DNA of 64,000 nucleotides from Aplysia californica (taxonomy: Eukaryota): contig NW_004797290.1 in assembly GCF_000002075.1 (NCBI RefSeq), positions 1,472,743-1,536,742 on the forward strand, written 5' to 3'. Within the stretch, counting starts at the first letter, position 1, and each line of letters starts with the position of its first letter. The translations under genes and the position numbers were made by a program. A model generated the notes under the pieces. That model made no database searches, was not told where the DNA came from, and was given only the letters and a program-made list of their open reading frames with translations. This document shows, in pieces, positions 50,801 through 60,316 of the stretch.

Positions 50801-53800
50801 AACCAAACCAAACTGTCAAGAACTGAAAGCTTCTACTACTATCACGTCAGTGGTCAATGTCAGGGGCCAGAACAAGTAGTCAGCTTTATTTTGAGGAAAC
50901 ACAACATACCTGTGGCAAAGGACAGCAGCCATACAGTCCAGAAGCAAGTTGACAACAGGTGGTTCCATCAGGGCAGTAAGATGTTCCTCCTGGGCACACC
51001 ACATGCTCTACTTTGGTCTCAATCTATACAAGGAAGAAAAAAAAACCCAATCATGATCACAGATACAAAAACATTATATGACCCACATACTTAGGATCTG
51101 GATGCTATGCAAAACTGTTAAGGGGTCTGCTGCTGTGCATGTTCTTATCATGACTTCAAAATCAGTACAAAATCTTTAAAAAGTTTTCCTATGCATAAGC
51201 CCTCTACCTATTAAAATGTTGGAACATTTATAAAAATAGAAACATTTTTTTTTTCCAGTTAAACACATTTGTGAGGTGTCGTGGTGAAATCAGGCGCTTG
51301 TAAAAATAATGAAAGTAAAGAAAACAGCATTTTTCTTACCATTTGGCAACTTTTATCAAATTGTTATTTTTTTGCTAAGGCTAATCACTTTAACTTTAAA
51401 ATGTTGATTAAAGGTACAAAAAATATAAATTTACAGTTTACGAGGACTTTCAAGCTTTAAATGTCACCCAACTTTGGTGGCTATTTTCTTGCTAATTTTA
51501 CCTCCGAAACCACATGACCCTCAACTTCTTCAATCCAAAATATCTGGACTTTTATTGAAGATGGATCAGTAATTGTTTTTTCAAAGCAAGACAATAAACA
51601 AGCTTTAAGATGATACCATTAAGTCCATATGCCCCAAAGCGCTTGATTTCACCACGTCCTGACACATGTACATCTAGTATTGATTCTAGCAAATATAGAC
51701 GATGTGACTGAAACAAAATATGAAATCCAACAACCACAAGTATTTGTAATGGCATAATATTCTGCCAACAACACAGTAAATTATTATGCTACGTAAACAA
51801 CAAGAATCATTTCTCATTTTTTAAAGCATGCACCCTGTTTCAACAGAATTCACACTTATTAACATATACATCAATTATACAAAATGGGACGAACTACTGA
51901 GGAATTCCAGTTTTTCACACAATCAAACGGATAGAACTTTTAAAAGTTCAAAAGGCTAAAGCAATTTCCACTATGTAAACATCTACAGCACTGATTTTAT
52001 CATTCTTACCTCAGTGGCAGGTTCCTTGTTGAACCAAGAAAGAACATCTCCACCCCTGAGGCATTTTCCATGAGCAACATCACACTTGTAGCCGTTGGGG
52101 CAGCAGTGAAGATGGTCAGAGCAGCATGTAGCCTTAGGATAATGGTGAAAAAACAAATTCAAATCATACCATGAAGTTGGATAATGAACGATGATTCATA
52201 TAGTGGAAAAAGATTGCAATATTTTAACAGTACCATCATGTAAGGAAAAACTGCTGTGCAAGCATGATCAATTGAAAGTTTCAAAGTTTGTGTGAAATTT
52301 CAATCTATCTCACAGCAAAAAAATACCAATACTTTACAAAGACATTGCTTGCTAGTTATTCAGAAAAAAAAAAAGCTGATGACAAAATTTCCATAATTTA
52401 GCTTCAGATGGACTGACTTCTTATTTTCCCACATCAACTGTACATCATACATAACACCATCTAATGTAAACGTGCCATTGTGTATTGACTGGATGGGTAG
52501 GTTTGATATTGTAAATTATGCAATATTGGTCTATTCTATTTTGTATAAATTAATTTAACTATATATGGTAAGTGAAATATTCCTATAGGGTATCAATGAA
52601 ACCAACCAAACCAAACTGTCAAGAACTGAAAGCTTCTACTACTATCACGTCAGTGGTCAATGTCAGGGGCCAGAACAAGTAGTCAGCTTTATTTTGAGGA
52701 AACACAACATACCTGTGGCAAAGGACAGCAGCCATACAGTCCAGAAGCAAGTTGACAACAGGTGGTTCCATCAGGGCAGTAAGATGTTCCTCCTGGGCAC
52801 ACCACATGCTCTACTTTGGTCTCAATCTATACATGGCAGAAAAAACCCCCAGTGATGATCACTGACACAAATCACGATATGATCCACATACTCTGGGTCT
52901 GCATGCTAACCAGAACAGATAAGGAGTCTGCTGCAGTGCATATTCTCACAAAGATCTCAAAATCTTTTGAAAGGCATCCTATACTTAAGAGTGTTTTCCA
53001 GTGAAAATATTATCTTCAAAACATTTCCTTGCACGTTAGTTGTAATGCAGACTTTTGTATCGCTCTTACTGATGTATACAAGACATAAACCTCACACTTG
53101 GGTCTAGATGCTAAACAAAAACCATTTAGGGATCTTTCTGCGGTGCACATTTTCTCACAAAAACCTCAAAATCAATAGAATCTACAAAATATTTCAGAAA
53201 TCTTGTCATACTTAAGGCCCTATTCAATAGGAACTGTCAAAGCATTAACAAAAACAGAAAGATTTTTTTCAAGCAAAACATATTTATGATGTGATTGAAA
53301 CAAAATACAAAATTTAACAATAGCAAATATTTGTAAAGGCTTGATATTCTCACAATAACAAGTAAAATATGTTGCCATATAAACAAAAAGAAAAATTTAT
53401 CAATTATAAGTAAGCAGTCTGTTTGAAGAGAATTGCACTTATAAACATATTATGTGGTAATTATATGAATAGGACGCACTACTGAGAAAGCCAAGTTTTT
53501 CAAACAACAAAACTGATAGACCTTCTAAAAGTTTAAAAGGTTACAGCAATTTTCACAATGAAAAGACCTAGCAGCACTGATTTTGTCATTCTCACCTCAG
53601 TGGCAGGTTCCTTGTTGAACCAAGAGAGAACATCTCCACCCCTGAGGCATTTTCCATGAGCAACATCACACTTGTAGCCGTTGGGGCAGCAGTGAAGATG
53701 GTCAGAGCAGCATGTAGCCTTAAAAAAATTAACCAAAAAACCAAATTCCAAATGTGCCATAAAGTTGGACACAGCATAATGATTATATAGTGGAAAAAGA

Positions 53801-56800
53801 ACACAACGTTTCAATAGTTCTATCAAGTAAGAAAAACTGCTCTGCAAGCATGATCAGTTAAAAGCTTAAAAGTTTGTGTGAGACTTCAGTCTATCTCCCA
53901 GCCAAGTAATACAAATACTTCACCAGGACATTGCTTGCTAGTAATTCAGGAAAAAGAGCATAAGACAAAATTCCCATAACACAAAAAGTGGGAGGGTGCA
54001 AGCTAAACTTGTGCTCCCTGTATGAGGGACTGCAAGTTCTACATTGGGCATACTTCAGATAGACTGACCCCTTATTCTCCAATATCATCGGTACATCATA
54101 CACAGTAGCATCCAATGTAAATGCGCCATGGTGTATTGACTGTCTGCATAGGTTTGATATTGTACATGATGCAATATTGGTAAATTCTATAATGTACAAA
54201 TTATTATAATAACCAAGCATATATAATTAGAGAAATATTACCATAGAGATCGATGAAACCAGCCAAAACCAAACTGTACAGTATGGCAAAAACTACAAGC
54301 TTCTATTTCTACCACATCAGTGGCCAGGGAAGGTAGACAACATTATTTTGAGGAAACACAACATACCTGTGGCAATGGACAGCAGCCATACTGTCCAGAA
54401 GCAAGTTGACAACAGGTGGTTCCATCAGGGCAGTAAGATGTTCCTCCTGGGCACACCACATGCTCTACTTTGGTCTCAATCTATACAAGGAAGAAAAAAA
54501 AACCCAATCATGATCACAGATACAAAAACATTATATGACCCACATACTTAGGATCTGGATGCTATGCAAAACTGTTAAGGGGTCTGCTGCTGTGCATGTT
54601 CTTATCATGACTTCAAAATCAGTACAAAATCTTTAAAAAGTTTTCCTATGCATAAGCCCTCTACCTATTAAAATGTTGGAACATTTATAAAAATAGAAAC
54701 ATTTTTTTTTTCCAGTTAAACACATTTGTGAGGTGTCGTGGTGAAATCAGGCGCTTGTAAAAATAATGAAAGTAAAGAAAACAGCATTTTTCTTACCATT
54801 TGGCAACTTTTATCAAATTGTTATTTTTTTGCTAAGGCTAATCACTTTAACTTTAAAATGTTGATTAAAGGTACAAAAAATATAAATTTACAGTTTACGA
54901 GGACTTTCAAGCTTTAAATGTCACCCAACTTTGGTGGCTATTTTCTTGCTAATTTTACCTCCGAAACCACATGACCCTCAACTTCTTCAATCCAAAATAT
55001 CTGGACTTTTATTGAAGATGGATCAGTAATTGTTTTTTCAAAGCAAGACAATAAACAAGCTTTAAGATGATACCATTAAGTCCATATGCCCCAAAGCGCT
55101 TGATTTCACCACGTCCTGACACATGTACATCTAGTATTGATTCTAGCAAATATAGACGATGTGACTGAAACAAAATATGAAATCCAACAACCACAAGTAT
55201 TTGTAATGGCATAATATTCTGCCAACAACACAGTAAATTATTATGCTACGTAAACAACAAGAATCATTTCTCATTTTTTAAAGCAAGCACCCTGTTTCAA
55301 CAGAATTCACACTTATTAACATATACATCAATTATACAAAATGGGACGAACTACTGAGGAATTCCAGTTTTTCACACAATCAAACGGATAGAACTTTTAA
55401 AAGTTCAAAAGGCTAAAGCAATTTCCACTATGTAAACATCTACAGCACTGATTTTATCATTCTTACCTCAGTGGCAGGTTCCTTGTTGAACCAAGAAAGA
55501 ACATCTCCACCCCTGAGGCATTTTCCATGAGCAACATCACACTTGTAGCCGTTGGGGCAGCAGTGAAGATGGTCAGAGCAGCATGTAGCCTTAAAAAAAA
55601 TTAAAAACATGCCATAAAGTTGGATATTGAACGATGATGATTCATATGGTGAGATTTCAACATTCCCATTTTAATAACACGTAAAGACAAACTTTTTTTA
55701 AAAAATCATTAAAATGTTCTAAGTTTGTGCGAGATTTTGTAGTAGAGGTTTTATGGCGCTCGAAACTGCATACGGTCATATGAGCGCCAGAAGATTAGAG
55801 GTGTTACAAGAGAGTAACAAACAGAAAAGAAGGAGGGGAGATAAGTACGATAGATGTTTGATAGGAAAGAAGAAGCAAACCACACCAGAGCACCCACCAA
55901 TCACCCGCAAGTAACACTTATAACTTATTAGGTCACCTGCTTTCTAGTCACAAAGGAAAAAGTGAACACACAAAAAAACAACTCTCATAGCAGAAAAAGT
56001 GGGTGGCTACAAGCTACACTTGAGCTCATTATACTAGTCATTGCGACTTCTGCATTGGGCATTCACCTAAAATGTACCTCATACACAATATCAAACCAAT
56101 AAAGACGAACCATGGCATGTTGACAATCTATCTGTGCTGGTGTGATATTGTGCGGAGCACAGATAGTCAACTTTACTTTGAGGAAACATAGCATACCTGT
56201 GGCAATGGACAGCAGCCNNNNNNNNNNNNNNNNNNNNNNNNNNNNNNNNNNNNNNNNNNNNNNNNNNNNNNNNNNNNNNNNNNNNNNNNNNNNNNNNNNN
56301 NNNNNNNNNNNNNNNNNNNNNNNNNNNNNNNNNNNNNNNNNNNNNNNNNNNNNNNNNNNNNNNNNNNNNNNNNNNNNNNNNNNNNNNNNNNNNNNNNNNN
56401 NNNNNNNNNNNNNNNNNNNNACTTGATCTAAAGTTTGTGTGAGATGTTTCAGTCTATATCAAAAAGAGAAGACAAAAAAAAAGAACAAACAACACAGCAG
56501 AAAAAGTGTTTAGGTGCAAGCTAAACTTGTGCTCCCTGTATGAGGGACTGCAAGTTCTACTTGGGCATACTTCAGATAGACTGACCCCTTATTCTCCAAT
56601 ATCATCGGTACATCATACACAGTAGCATCTCAATGTAAATGCGCCATGGTGTGTTGACAATATCTACAATGGTGTCATATTTTGTACAGCGTTGGTTAAT
56701 TATTTTACGGATGAATTTATTTAACAACGTATGTATGGTAAGCCAACTATTCCATAAGGATCGATGAAACCAGCCAAAACCAAACTGTACAGTATGGCAA

Positions 56801-59800
56801 AAACTACAAGCTTCTATTTCTACCACATCAGTGGCCAGCACAGATAGTCAACTTTACTTTGAGGAAACATAGCATACCTGTGGCAATGGACAGCAGCCAT
56901 ACTGTCCAGAAGCAAGTTGACAACAGGTGGTTCCATCAGGGCAGTAAGATGTTCCTCCTGGGCACACCACATGCTCTACTTTGGTCTCCATCTATACATG
57001 GCAGAAAAAAACGGTGATGATCACTGATACAAATAGATTAAGTGACCCATGTACTCGGGGTCTAGATGCTAAAAAAAACCTGAAGGAGGCTGTTGCAGTG
57101 TATTTTTTTTACCAAAAACTCAAAACTTATACCAAATCTTTTGAAAGTCTTCCCAAACTTAAGGCCCTTTTCCAGTGTAAATATTATTCTTAAAATTTTC
57201 TCTTGTACATTATTTTGTCTTGTTTGGGTTAAGAGAAGCACACCAACAAAACACAAAAAGGAAATAACAGAGGCAAAGAAAAGAAGAAGGACCTAACAGT
57301 TGCGCCCTCTAACCATCCGTTCGTACATTAGTAGTTGTTGTTAGCGATCCAGGTACATTAGTAGTAATGTAGACTTTTGTATCAGTTTTACAATATAAAC
57401 CAAACGTAGCATTTTATTTTGTTTATTTCTAAGCTAGTGGCCCTGAAACTAAGGGGAAGCACTGCCATCTTGGATTTTCTCAGGAACTTAAGGGTTTCAA
57501 TTTTCTGAAATCTTTCATGATCGATAATGTGTCATTTTTTAACAGCGTGTTCTATTGGTGTTGTAGCACAGTAACAGACCCATTTTATAGAGTGTTTGGA
57601 TGGAAAAATGTTGGCAGTAAGATAACATTTTTTTAAAAGAATAAGAAAAGACAAACACATCTGCCTCAATCAGCCTTTATAAAAGTAAAATAACAGCAAA
57701 TTCTCCCAAAAGCTTTGCAACTTAATAAAGGAATTCTCACAAGGCATCATACAAACTTTGAAGAAAACACGACCAACCTAGTAGGAAATAAACATAATTT
57801 TGCTTTACATTTGTTGAGACTATGTAAAAACATTTATAACAACAGAAACATTTTTGTCCAGCTTAACAATTTTAGGCAGAATAATAGATTCTCCCGCACA
57901 AATATTCGTAATGGCTGGTATTCTCACTTAAAATACAGCAGTATATTCTACTACATAAAACAAAAAGTATAATTTCTTTTTTTCAAGTAAGCACTCTCTG
58001 TTTTAACAGAATCTGCACTTGTATAGGTTGTTCACTTTCGTCTGTCCATGTTTAAAAAATTCACACTCGTTTATTAATTTGCCAACACGCATGAAACTAT
58101 GCTTGGCATACCTGTAGGCCAGCAATAAACAAAAATATTTTTTCTGAGAATTCTTGTTCCAGTAATAAAAATTGTTTTTTGGGGGGGCTCTATGTTAAAT
58201 GTTGTACTTTAGATGCATACGAGTACACAGGAAAACAACAATAAATGGTGTACAGTAACTAAACTACAAACTGCTCATTTTGAGACATCGACACCACCCT
58301 GCCCCCACATTTCAGTGTAAGCTTATAGATTTCCTCTCAAGACAGTCTAGACATCTCCAAGTGAGTCTTGATAAGTACCCATCCGGTTTTTGGATCGTGT
58401 ATTATAGAGGCATGCCATGTCAAAATGTGGAGTTGACGAAGATGTTGATGTTTTAGGTGTATGCTGTAGATCCCCTGTTAGTTGGTTTTTTTTTTACCCA
58501 TTATAGACTAACATCAAAGGAAACATGTCAGAATTTTAGTTTGCAGTAACTTTCATTAATGGGCTTTTAGTTTAGATTCTGTCGGTCATCCAACTTTGGA
58601 GCACAGCACACATGCAAAGACCAGGGGCGATAAGACAGAGCAATTTATTTTTATTTTGTTTTAACCATGGTCAGATGAAAGTGAACAAGCTATAAGAAAA
58701 GCACCAATTGCTCAAAATGGAAATCACTGCTTAGGAATTCAACTTTTTAACAAAACCAAACTGACACACTTATCAAAAGGTTAAATCAAAATTTGCGATG
58801 TAGAGATCTTGCAGCATCATCCTCACCTCAGTGGCAGGCTCCTTCTTGAATAAAGACAGAACATCTCCACCCCTGGTGCAGGTACCAGCAGAAACATCAC
58901 ACTTGTAGCCGTTGGGGCAGCAGTGAAGATGGTCAGAGCAGCATGTAGCCTTAGGACAATGGTGAAATGGTGAAAAAACAAAATTCAAAACATGCCATCA
59001 AGTTGGATATAGAAGAATGATTCATATGGCGGACAAAATAGTGCGACATTTGACCTATTCCCATCTTCATAATGTCAGGACAAAGGTTTTTTTGTGTTTT
59101 TTTTTTGGGGGGGGGGGGGGTGGGGAGGGAGGGAGGTTGAGTAAAGAGAAGCACATTGACACAATGATGGTCATTTTAAGCTGAGAAAAAGTAGGACAGA
59201 CAGACATAATAAATGGAAAGCAAAGAAGTAAGACATATCTGTGGCACCCGCCAAGCACCCAATATATAAGGACTAACTGAATGCAAACTTGATCTAAAGT
59301 TCATGTGACATGTTTCAGTCTATATCAAAAACAGAAGACAAAAAAAAAGAACAAACAACACAGCAGAAAAAGTGTTTAGGTAAAAGCTTCACTCCTGCTC
59401 ACTGTAAGAAGGAATGCAATTCCTGCTTGGGTATACATCAAACATACCGACTCCTTTTTCTCCAAAACCAACATTTCATCATACGCATTGACATATCAAG
59501 GCAGACAAGCCATTGTGTGTTGACCATATCTACAATGGTGTCATATTTTGTACAGCGTTGGTTAATTATTTTACGGATGAATTTATTTAACAACGTATGT
59601 ATGGTAAGCCAACTATTCCATAAGGATCTATAAAACCAGCTAAAACCAAACTATGCAATTTGTCAAGACCTACAAACTTCTATTACCTCTACATCAGTGA
59701 CCAGGACAGGTAGTCAACCTTATTTTGAGGAAACACAACATACCTGTGGCAATGGACAGCAGCCATACTGTCCAGAAGCAAGTTGACAACAGGTGGTTCC

Positions 59801-59851
59801 ATTAGGGCAGTAAGATGTTCCTCCTGGGCACACCACACGCTCTACAGAATT
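32847..59851 (-). CDS. GRN: Progranulin (granulin precursor) gene, multi-exon, at least 14-15 granulin modules; 5' end with signal peptide not identified
   Basis: Alternating N-half and C-half exons splice in phase 0 to give C-x6-C-x5-CC-x8-CC-x6-CC-x5-CC-x5-C-x6-C ([31 protein letters not shown]|[24 protein letters not shown]), the canonical 12-Cys granulin motif. Confidence 0.95.
33634..33756 (-). CDS. GRN: Granulin C-half exon B1 ([41 protein letters not shown])
   Basis: 123 nt, ccag acceptor, gtgag donor, phase 0. Confidence 0.93.
34174..34548 (-). mobile_element. 5'-truncated LINE 3' fragment of the L2/Crack group (end of ORF2, 3' UTR and tail)
   Basis: Peptide [10 protein letters not shown]...[47 protein letters not shown] fits the conserved C-terminus of CR1/L2-group ORF2. 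The 3' end reads agcgctcagag...tgagcgctatataaat followed by an (ATT)n-like tail. Confidence 0.85.
34611..34730 (-). CDS. GRN: Granulin N-half exon A1 ([40 protein letters not shown])
   Basis: 120 nt, tttcag acceptor, gtgagt donor, phase 0. Confidence 0.93.
34918..35644. mobile_element. pogo/Tigger-like MITE, 727 bp, in a granulin intron
   Basis: TA TSD. 23-bp TIR cagtagtctctgcctaagatccc versus reverse complement cagtagtctccgcctaagatccc (1 mismatch). Repeated gatccc motifs. Confidence 0.9.
35976..36098 (-). CDS. GRN: Granulin C-half exon B2 (...[21 protein letters not shown])
   Basis: 123 nt, ctcag acceptor, gtacc donor, phase 0. Confidence 0.92.
36853..37030 (+). mobile_element. tRNA-derived SINE relic; a similar decayed head lies at ~23849-23910
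   Basis: A-box-like tggtgaaatggttag and B-box-like gttcaattccc at tRNA spacing, but no intact cloverleaf. Confidence 0.5.
37219..37338 (-). CDS. GRN: Granulin N-half exon A2, divergent ([40 protein letters not shown])
   Basis: 120 nt, cacag acceptor, gtaat donor, phase 0, all 6 Cys kept. Confidence 0.92.
37719..37841 (-). CDS. GRN: Granulin C-half exon B3 (...[21 protein letters not shown])
   Basis: 123 nt, ctcag acceptor, gtgagt donor. Confidence 0.92.
38494..38607 (-). CDS. GRN: Granulin N-half exon A3 ([38 protein letters not shown])
   Basis: 114 nt, tatag acceptor, gtatgt donor. Confidence 0.92.
38812..39208 (-). mobile_element. ~397-bp MITE in granulin intron type P; further copies start at ~42269, 44140, 47597, 49468, 51270 and 54727
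   Basis: ~29-bp imperfect TIRs: tgtgaggtgtcgtggtgaaatcaggcgct versus reverse complement tgtgtcaggacgtggtgaaatcaagcgct. Absent from the homologous Q intron. Confidence 0.75.
39552..39674 (-). CDS. GRN: Granulin C-half exon B4 ([41 protein letters not shown])
   Basis: 123 nt, taag acceptor, gtaag donor. Confidence 0.9.
40254..40367 (-). CDS. GRN: Granulin N-half exon A4
   Basis: 114 nt, same peptide as A3, AG/GT boundaries. Confidence 0.9.
41138..41260 (-). CDS. GRN: Granulin C-half exon B5
   Basis: 123 nt, same peptide as B4, taag/gtgag boundaries. Confidence 0.9.
41909..42022 (-). CDS. GRN: Granulin N-half exon A5
   Basis: 114 nt, same peptide as A3. Confidence 0.9.
43009..43131 (-). CDS. 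GRN: Granulin C-half exon B6
   Basis: 123 nt, same peptide as B4. Confidence 0.88.
43780..43893 (-). CDS. GRN: Granulin N-half exon A6
   Basis: 114 nt, same peptide as A3. Confidence 0.88.
44880..45002 (-). CDS. GRN: Granulin C-half exon B7
   Basis: 123 nt, same peptide as B4. Confidence 0.88.
45582..45695 (-). CDS. GRN: Granulin N-half exon A7
   Basis: 114 nt, same peptide as A3. Confidence 0.88.
46466..46588 (-). CDS. GRN: Granulin C-half exon B8
   Basis: 123 nt, same peptide as B4. Confidence 0.88.
47237..47350 (-). CDS. GRN: Granulin N-half exon A8
   Basis: 114 nt, same peptide as A3. Confidence 0.88.
48337..48459 (-). CDS. GRN: Granulin C-half exon B9
   Basis: 123 nt, same peptide as B4. 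Confidence 0.88.
49108..49221 (-). CDS. GRN: Granulin N-half exon A9
   Basis: 114 nt, same peptide as A3. Confidence 0.88.
50208..50330 (-). CDS. GRN: Granulin C-half exon B10
   Basis: 123 nt, same peptide as B4. Confidence 0.88.
50910..51023 (-). CDS. GRN: Granulin N-half exon A10 (SGQYG to SGLYG variant)
   Basis: 114 nt; plus strand reads atacagtcc instead of atactgtcc (CAG to CTG). Confidence 0.88.
52010..52132 (-). CDS. GRN: Granulin C-half exon B11
   Basis: 123 nt, same peptide as B4. Confidence 0.88.
52713..52826 (-). CDS. GRN: Granulin N-half exon A11 (SGLYG variant)
   Basis: 114 nt, same Q-to-L change as A10. Confidence 0.88.
53596..53718 (-). CDS. GRN: Granulin C-half exon B12
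   Basis: 123 nt, same peptide as B4. Confidence 0.88.
54367..54480 (-). CDS. GRN: Granulin N-half exon A12
   Basis: 114 nt, same peptide as A3. Confidence 0.88.
55467..55589 (-). CDS. GRN: Granulin C-half exon B13
   Basis: 123 nt, same peptide as B4. Confidence 0.9.
56197..56217 (-). CDS. GRN: Granulin N-half exon A13, only the 3' end (GCCPLPQ) visible; truncated by the assembly gap
   Basis: Plus strand gcatac|ctgtggcaatggacagcagcc followed by Ns. Confidence 0.85.
56218..56420. other. Assembly gap (203 N) inside the granulin array
   Basis: Run of N. Confidence 1.
56878..56991 (-). CDS. GRN: Granulin N-half exon A14 ([13 protein letters not shown]...PLPQ)
   Basis: 114 nt, tatag acceptor, gtatgc donor. 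Confidence 0.9.
58024..58692. mobile_element. TA-flanked MITE, ~669 bp, in a granulin intron
   Basis: ~34-bp imperfect TIR taggttgttcactttcgtctgtccatgtttaaaa versus reverse complement tagcttgttcactttcatctgaccatggttaaaa, flanked by TA. Confidence 0.75.
58827..58949 (-). CDS. GRN: Granulin C-half exon B14, divergent ([41 protein letters not shown])
   Basis: 123 nt, taag acceptor, gtgagg donor. Confidence 0.92.
59744..59851 (-). CDS. GRN: Granulin N-half exon A15, the most 5' one recognised ([36 protein letters not shown])
   Basis: 108 nt with ttcacag acceptor (an alternative AG lies about 10 nt inside), gtatgt donor; carries an NGT sequon. Confidence 0.88.
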
Positions 59852-60263
59852 CTGTGAACGGAATTGTACTTTGTAGAGATTGTACCATTATCATTTGGAC
59901 TTTTAGAGGAGCAAAGAACAATTTTTTTTTAAAATTAAAAATTGTTTATCATAACCAAAAAAATTGTACATACTATAATTGTGGAGATAAATCATCATTT
60001 TTTAGGTTTAAAAGCATATATAAGTGTTTACAAAAACATTTGCACTAATAAATAAATAAATATTACTCAGCAAGCAAGTAGAAAAGTGTTAATCTTAAGC
60101 CTGTTTTTAGATAAATGCATGACGTATTTACAAAGCAATAAAATGTAATAGTACGAGAAATACAATAAATGGAGAAATGCAAAAGAAACGCGAACCTTGA
60201 ATAATAAAATGGAGCATACTATATATTCTATACAGTGACATATTATTACATATAACACGTTTT

Positions 60264-60265
<2 letters not shown>

Positions 60266-60315
<50 letters not shown>
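60266..60315. repeat. (GT)n microsatellite
   Basis: About 25 GT units. Confidence 0.95.

Positions 60316-60316
<1 letters not shown>

Larger units (their letters stand above)
38494..55589. repeat. Higher-order intragenic tandem array of exon+intron units (periods 1802, 1871, 3457 and 5328 bp)
   Basis: An identical intronic ORF recurs at 39094, 42551, 44422, 47879, 49750, 51552 and 55009. Intron lengths fall into classes 579/580, 648, 769/770 and 986. Confidence 0.95.

Noticed and set aside
39094-55212. Recurrent ORFs MPLQILVV..., MLGYYNN..., MRKHNIP..., MVSIYTW..., MWCAQEE...
   Set aside because: These are intronic, antisense or out-of-frame readings of the granulin repeat units. They recur only because the DNA is duplicated.
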